64,000 nucleotides of DNA, from NCBI RefSeq assembly GCF_009914755.1, contig NC_060948.1. The stretch is one strand, 5' to 3'. The notes under the pieces were generated by a model, which saw only the letters and a list, made by a program, of their open reading frames with translations, did not search any database and was not told the DNA's origin. Positions 60,200 through 64,000 of the stretch are shown piece by piece. Position numbers and translations under genes: made by a program. How positions within the stretch are numbered: the stretch's first letter is position 1; every line of letters starts with the position of its first letter. This DNA comes from the human T2T-CHM13v2.0 reference genome, Homo sapiens.

Positions 60200-60422
60200 A
60201 ATGTAGTAAATTTGGAGTCAGACAGATCTTTGTTCAAATTCTAGCTTCAGCATTACTAGCTGTGACCTTGAATAAGTTACTTAGCTTCTCTGGGCCATAA
60301 CATCCTCATCTATAAAACAGAGATAACACCTTCTTCAGAGAAGATTATGAGGATTAAATTAAGAAAATGTGCATTAGGTGCTTAGAAGAATACCTGGTAA
60401 TAGGTACTCAATAAATAGTAGC
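60200..60422 (+). mobile_element. MIR SINE
   Basis: tttggagtcagacagatc...ctgtgaccttgaataagttactt...tactcaataaat. Confidence 0.85.
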
Positions 60423-60512
60423 TTATAAAACAAACAAAATACAAAATAGAACTTCAGTTTATGGAATCTAGCCATTCAGAGTCAAAGCAAGGAGATTCCT
60501 TTCTTCTATAAC

Positions 60513-60646
60513 CACAGTGACCATAACATTTATCAGTCCAAACGGGGACACTTTTGATAATGCAAAGGAGTGGTAATGATAATTACATAAAGTCAACAGT
60601 TGTAATTGGAACCATCTTAGGTAAACCAGGAGTTATGTTCACCCTA
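60513..60646 (+). mobile_element. MER94-like hAT-Blackjack MITE
   Basis: gtgaccataacatttatcagtccaaacggggacacttttg...atgttcacccta; about 134 bp with terminal inverted repeats. Confidence 0.7.
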
Positions 60647-60777
60647 AATATAAACTTATACCTTTGACTACCAACTCCACTAGAGAAATGAAACGTAAAT
60701 AAAAATGTCCCTCCCAACAGTGACACTCATGAGTGCTGTGTAAGCCCCTTAGGTTTATAAGAGTTTGAAAAACAATA

Positions 60778-61035
60778 CACTAGTAGTTAAGAGAGCAAGC
60801 TGTGGAGTCAGACTGCCTATGTTCAAACTCTGGCTTAACCACTTCTTGGCTATGTGAAATGGGCAAATTCCTTAACCTCTGTGATTCAATTTCCTCATAT
60901 ATAAAATAGAAATAGTAATATTTACCTCAGAGAGTTGTTATGAGGATTAAATGCATTAATACATGAGAAGTACTTAAAATAGTGCCTGGCATAAAGTAAG
61001 CACGTATTGAGTAAAGTAAACACTCAATATATGCT
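60778..61035 (+). mobile_element. MIR SINE
   Basis: tggagtcagactgcct...tttcctcatatataaaat...agtgcctggcata. Confidence 0.85.
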
Positions 61036-61326
61036 TATATTTTTATTTGCATTTTGTTATACTATGACCTCTCCTTTTAGACTAGAAGGGCATTTATTCA
61101 AAAGCATCTGAGAGCATCAGTGAACTCTCAGAAGAAAAAAATGGTCATTTAAGGACCGACATCCTCTAAATTTTTGTCACACAGGTTTGCAAACTAAAGA
61201 CAGCCATACTGAGTGAGTTGTCCATTGCAAGGTAGAACACAGCCTTTGAACTACCAGTGAAGAAGATACTCCCCAAACTAATTACCCTGCTTTTAGCACA
61301 TTACATGCGAGCAAAAATGAGCTCAC

Positions 61327-61530
61327 CTCTTCATCCAGACTCCTGCCCCAGGGCTGCTGGCCCTCCCCAGCTTCTGTTGCAGGAACTGCTTAGGTCTCAT
61401 GCTTCTCAGGGCTCCCCTCAAGCCCTTCAGTGTCTGTAGGCTTCTCACGAGGCTGCTCCTGAGCTTGCCTCTCTGCCCTCGACTGGCTGAATGTCCTTTC
61501 TGCTTCTTGAAGGTCTGCTAGGGTGACACC
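61327..61530 (-). pseudogene. PPP1R12B: PPP1R12B pseudo-exon, 204 bp, phase 0/0, in-frame TAA
   Basis: ttttcccag|GGT...GAG|gtgag. Translates GVTLADLQEAERTFSQSRAERQAQEQPREKPTDTEGLEGSPEKHET*AVPATEAGEGQQPWGRSLDEE, matching the MYPT2 segment right after the RRSTQ inhibitory phosphosite. Stop at 61390-61392. Confidence 0.95.
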
Positions 61531-62309
61531 CTGGGAAAATATCACAAGATCAGGGCTGTTTCACACTAACCATGGAATAACTCTTCATTGATCAGAAGTA
61601 TTCCCAAAAAGATCTAATAGTTGTCAAATTCCAAAATGAAGCCCCTCAAAATGCATAATGAGGCCACTTCAAGCAATATATGCTTAAAATAAGCATCTCA
61701 GTGTACAAAGAACCCGGGCCTGAGTCTAGGTACATTTTAAATGTAATACTTTCTTTTTTCTGGTTTGATCTCCAGAAAACAGGTCAACATTGATGTCTGC
61801 CTGTTATAGATGTACTTTTCCCATACCAAATAGTTCTCAGTATCTTTATTTGAAAGGTCTCTACCCTCCCAAGATCAAATGGTTACCAACAGAGATTCCC
61901 TAAACAGCAGATACCGGGAAAAAAAATTCACTTAAAAAAAGAAAAACCTGGCTCAACAAGATGAAAATTCAGAGCTAGGCTATGATAACAACAACATAAC
62001 CTCTTAAAACTCCTAGACTAGCTTTTCTTTAATATGAATTCCCAAGTAACTCTAGGAATCATATAGGGATATTCCAACAATTAATGCTCCCCCCCGCAGT
62101 GTCACAGGGGCAGCAAGACAGAAGAAAGGCAAATGATGACAAAACTACAGGAGAAGAGAGAAAAGGAGTTTAGAAAGAGCATGAGCTGATTCCAACTCAA
62201 GTAGTTATGTGCATGAGTCCTCAGAAGAAGGAAGTTCCAAAGCTGGAAGGTAGTTGATCAGGCACTGTATCCACAGCTTGCTTCCCCTCCCCACCCCCAG
62301 CTTTTTTAC

Positions 62310-62780
62310 TATTAATTCATTTACTTACTCATTCTGTTAATAAAGAATTAGGTGTCTTTAGGCACTAGAACTACAAAGACAAATCCAATGGTTACTGTCA
62401 AGAACCTTTTATTCTAGCAGAAAAGATGTAAGAAAACAGATGAGTATAATGAGAGAATGTAAGTATTAAAACAGAAACACAAGAGTATATAAGAGGAATA
62501 TCGAACACTGGGTTTTAAAGAGTAAAAAGAACTTGGGTAGGGGGAGGGAGAAAAGGCATTATAGGTAGAGGGATCCTGTACAAAGATATGGAAACGAGAG
62601 AGGCCATGGATGATTTAGGAATCTGCAGGTAACTTAGCAAAGATGAAGCCCACAACAAAAAAAGGAAAGTTGGAAGAGAGAGAGAGAATGAGGATAGGTG
62701 ATTTTAAGAAAGCAGGCAGAGGCTAGGTCATAATAGATTTTGTAAGCTATGCTAAGAAGCTTAGATTTTACTTTCTTTGG
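62310..62780 (-). mobile_element. L2 LINE fragment
   Basis: ttcatttacttactcattc start; aagctatgctaagaagcttagatttt end. Confidence 0.55.
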
Positions 62781-63149
62781 GAGTTGGTGGTCCCTTTGAG
62801 AATCTCATGAAGACTACTGAGAATCTAATAAAATCTCCTCAAAAATTATGTACACATTTCAAGGAGTTCAAAGATCTATTCAAGTTTTGACATGGACCTT
62901 CACTCCCTCTCTGCTGAATCTTTCCCTCTAAGACGTTTCCATGTTCCTGTCTCTCCCACCTTCAATTCTATGCCCCTCTCCGGCAACTTCCCTATCTTCT
63001 CCCATTCCTTCATAAACAAACTTGAAATCATTCCACAGCAATTTATCTTCCCCTATCATTTATTTCTCACTCATTTATTTATTCAATAAATATATATTGA
63101 TTTATTTACTGTATGATGGTGGAAAAGATGAGCAAAAGTATAGTCAGTC

Positions 63150-64000
63150 TTCTTTTTCACACCCATTAGGATGGTTATTACCAAAAAAAACAGGCTGGGC
63201 ATGGTGGCTAACACCTGTAATCTCAGCACCTTGAAAGGCCAAGGTGGGTAGATCACTTGGGGTCAGGAGTTCAAGACCAGCCTGACTAACATGGTGAAAC
63301 CCCATCTCTACTAAAAATACAAAAATTAGCCAGGTGTGGTGATGGGCGCCTGTAATCCCAGCTACTTGGGAGGCTGAGGCAGTAGAATTGCTTGAACCCT
63401 GAGGCAGAAGTTGCAGTGAGCCAAGATCACACCATCGCACCCCAGCCTGCGTGACAAGAGCAAACAACAACAACAACAACAAAAATATTGGTGAGGATAT
63501 GGAAAAATTAGAACCCTTGTGCACTGCTGATGGGAACATAAAATGGTACAGCCGCTAAGGAAAACAGTATGGCAGTTCCTCAGAAAATTAAAAATTGAAT
63601 TACCATATGATCCAGCAAATTCCATTTCTCAGTATATACTGAAAAGAATTGAAAGCAGGGTTTCAGGGAGATATTTGTATAGCCATTCTCATAGCAGCAT
63701 TAAACAGCCAAAAGGTGGAAGCAACCCAATGTCTACTGACAGATGAATGGATACACAAAATGCAGTATCCATAAAAGGCTGAAATATTCATCCTTTAGGA
63801 GGGAGGAACTCTGACACATGCTACAATATGGATGAACCCTGATAACTATGCTAAGTAAAATACGACACAAAAGGACAACTACTATATGATTCTACTTATT
63901 TGAGGTTCCTAGCATAGTCAAGTTCATAGACAGAAAGTGGAAGCAGCATTGCCAGAGGGAAATGGGGAGTGATTATTTAATGGATACAGAGTTTCAGTTT
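63150..64000 (+). mobile_element. L1MB 3' region, interrupted by an Alu and running off the window
   Basis: cacacccattaggatgg...gaattaccatatgatccagcaa...ttaatggatacagagtttcagttt. Confidence 0.85.
63193..63485 (+). mobile_element. AluSx
   Basis: Dimer; (caa)n tail. Confidence 0.92.

Noticed and set aside
63769-63778. Perfect CArG CCATAAAAGG
   Set aside because: Lies inside an L1MB and appears to derive from L1 sequence.

Overview
Primate (human-like), AT-rich, repeat-dense genomic DNA with no intact protein-coding gene. The window lies inside a minus-strand, unprocessed (intron-containing) pseudogene copy of PPP1R12B (MYPT2, myosin phosphatase targeting subunit 2). Four consecutive internal exons (61327-61530, 59167-59356, 58966-59078, 57824-57865) keep their AG/GT splice sites and phase but carry two in-frame stops. 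The alternative smooth-muscle M20 first exon (14517-14618) has a stop codon and a GT>CT donor mutation. From recall, this fits the Y-linked PPP1R12BP1/PPP1R12BP2 duplicates, which I cannot verify here. The rest is one very long intron filled with Alu, L1, L2, MIR, MaLR/MER41 LTRs and DNA transposons. The most notable small features are a SNORA70 plus RPL10 intron/exon retrocopy with TSDs, a tailless tRNA-Glu(CTC) 5'-half insertion with TSDs, an Alu/L1PB composite with a possible 3' transduction inside one TSD pair, a twin-primed inverted L1, and several fold-back templated insertions. I found no evidence for a novel multi-gene system, CRISPR array or prokaryotic feature. Reference-sequence comparisons are from memory, and repeat boundaries are approximate unless TSDs are given.
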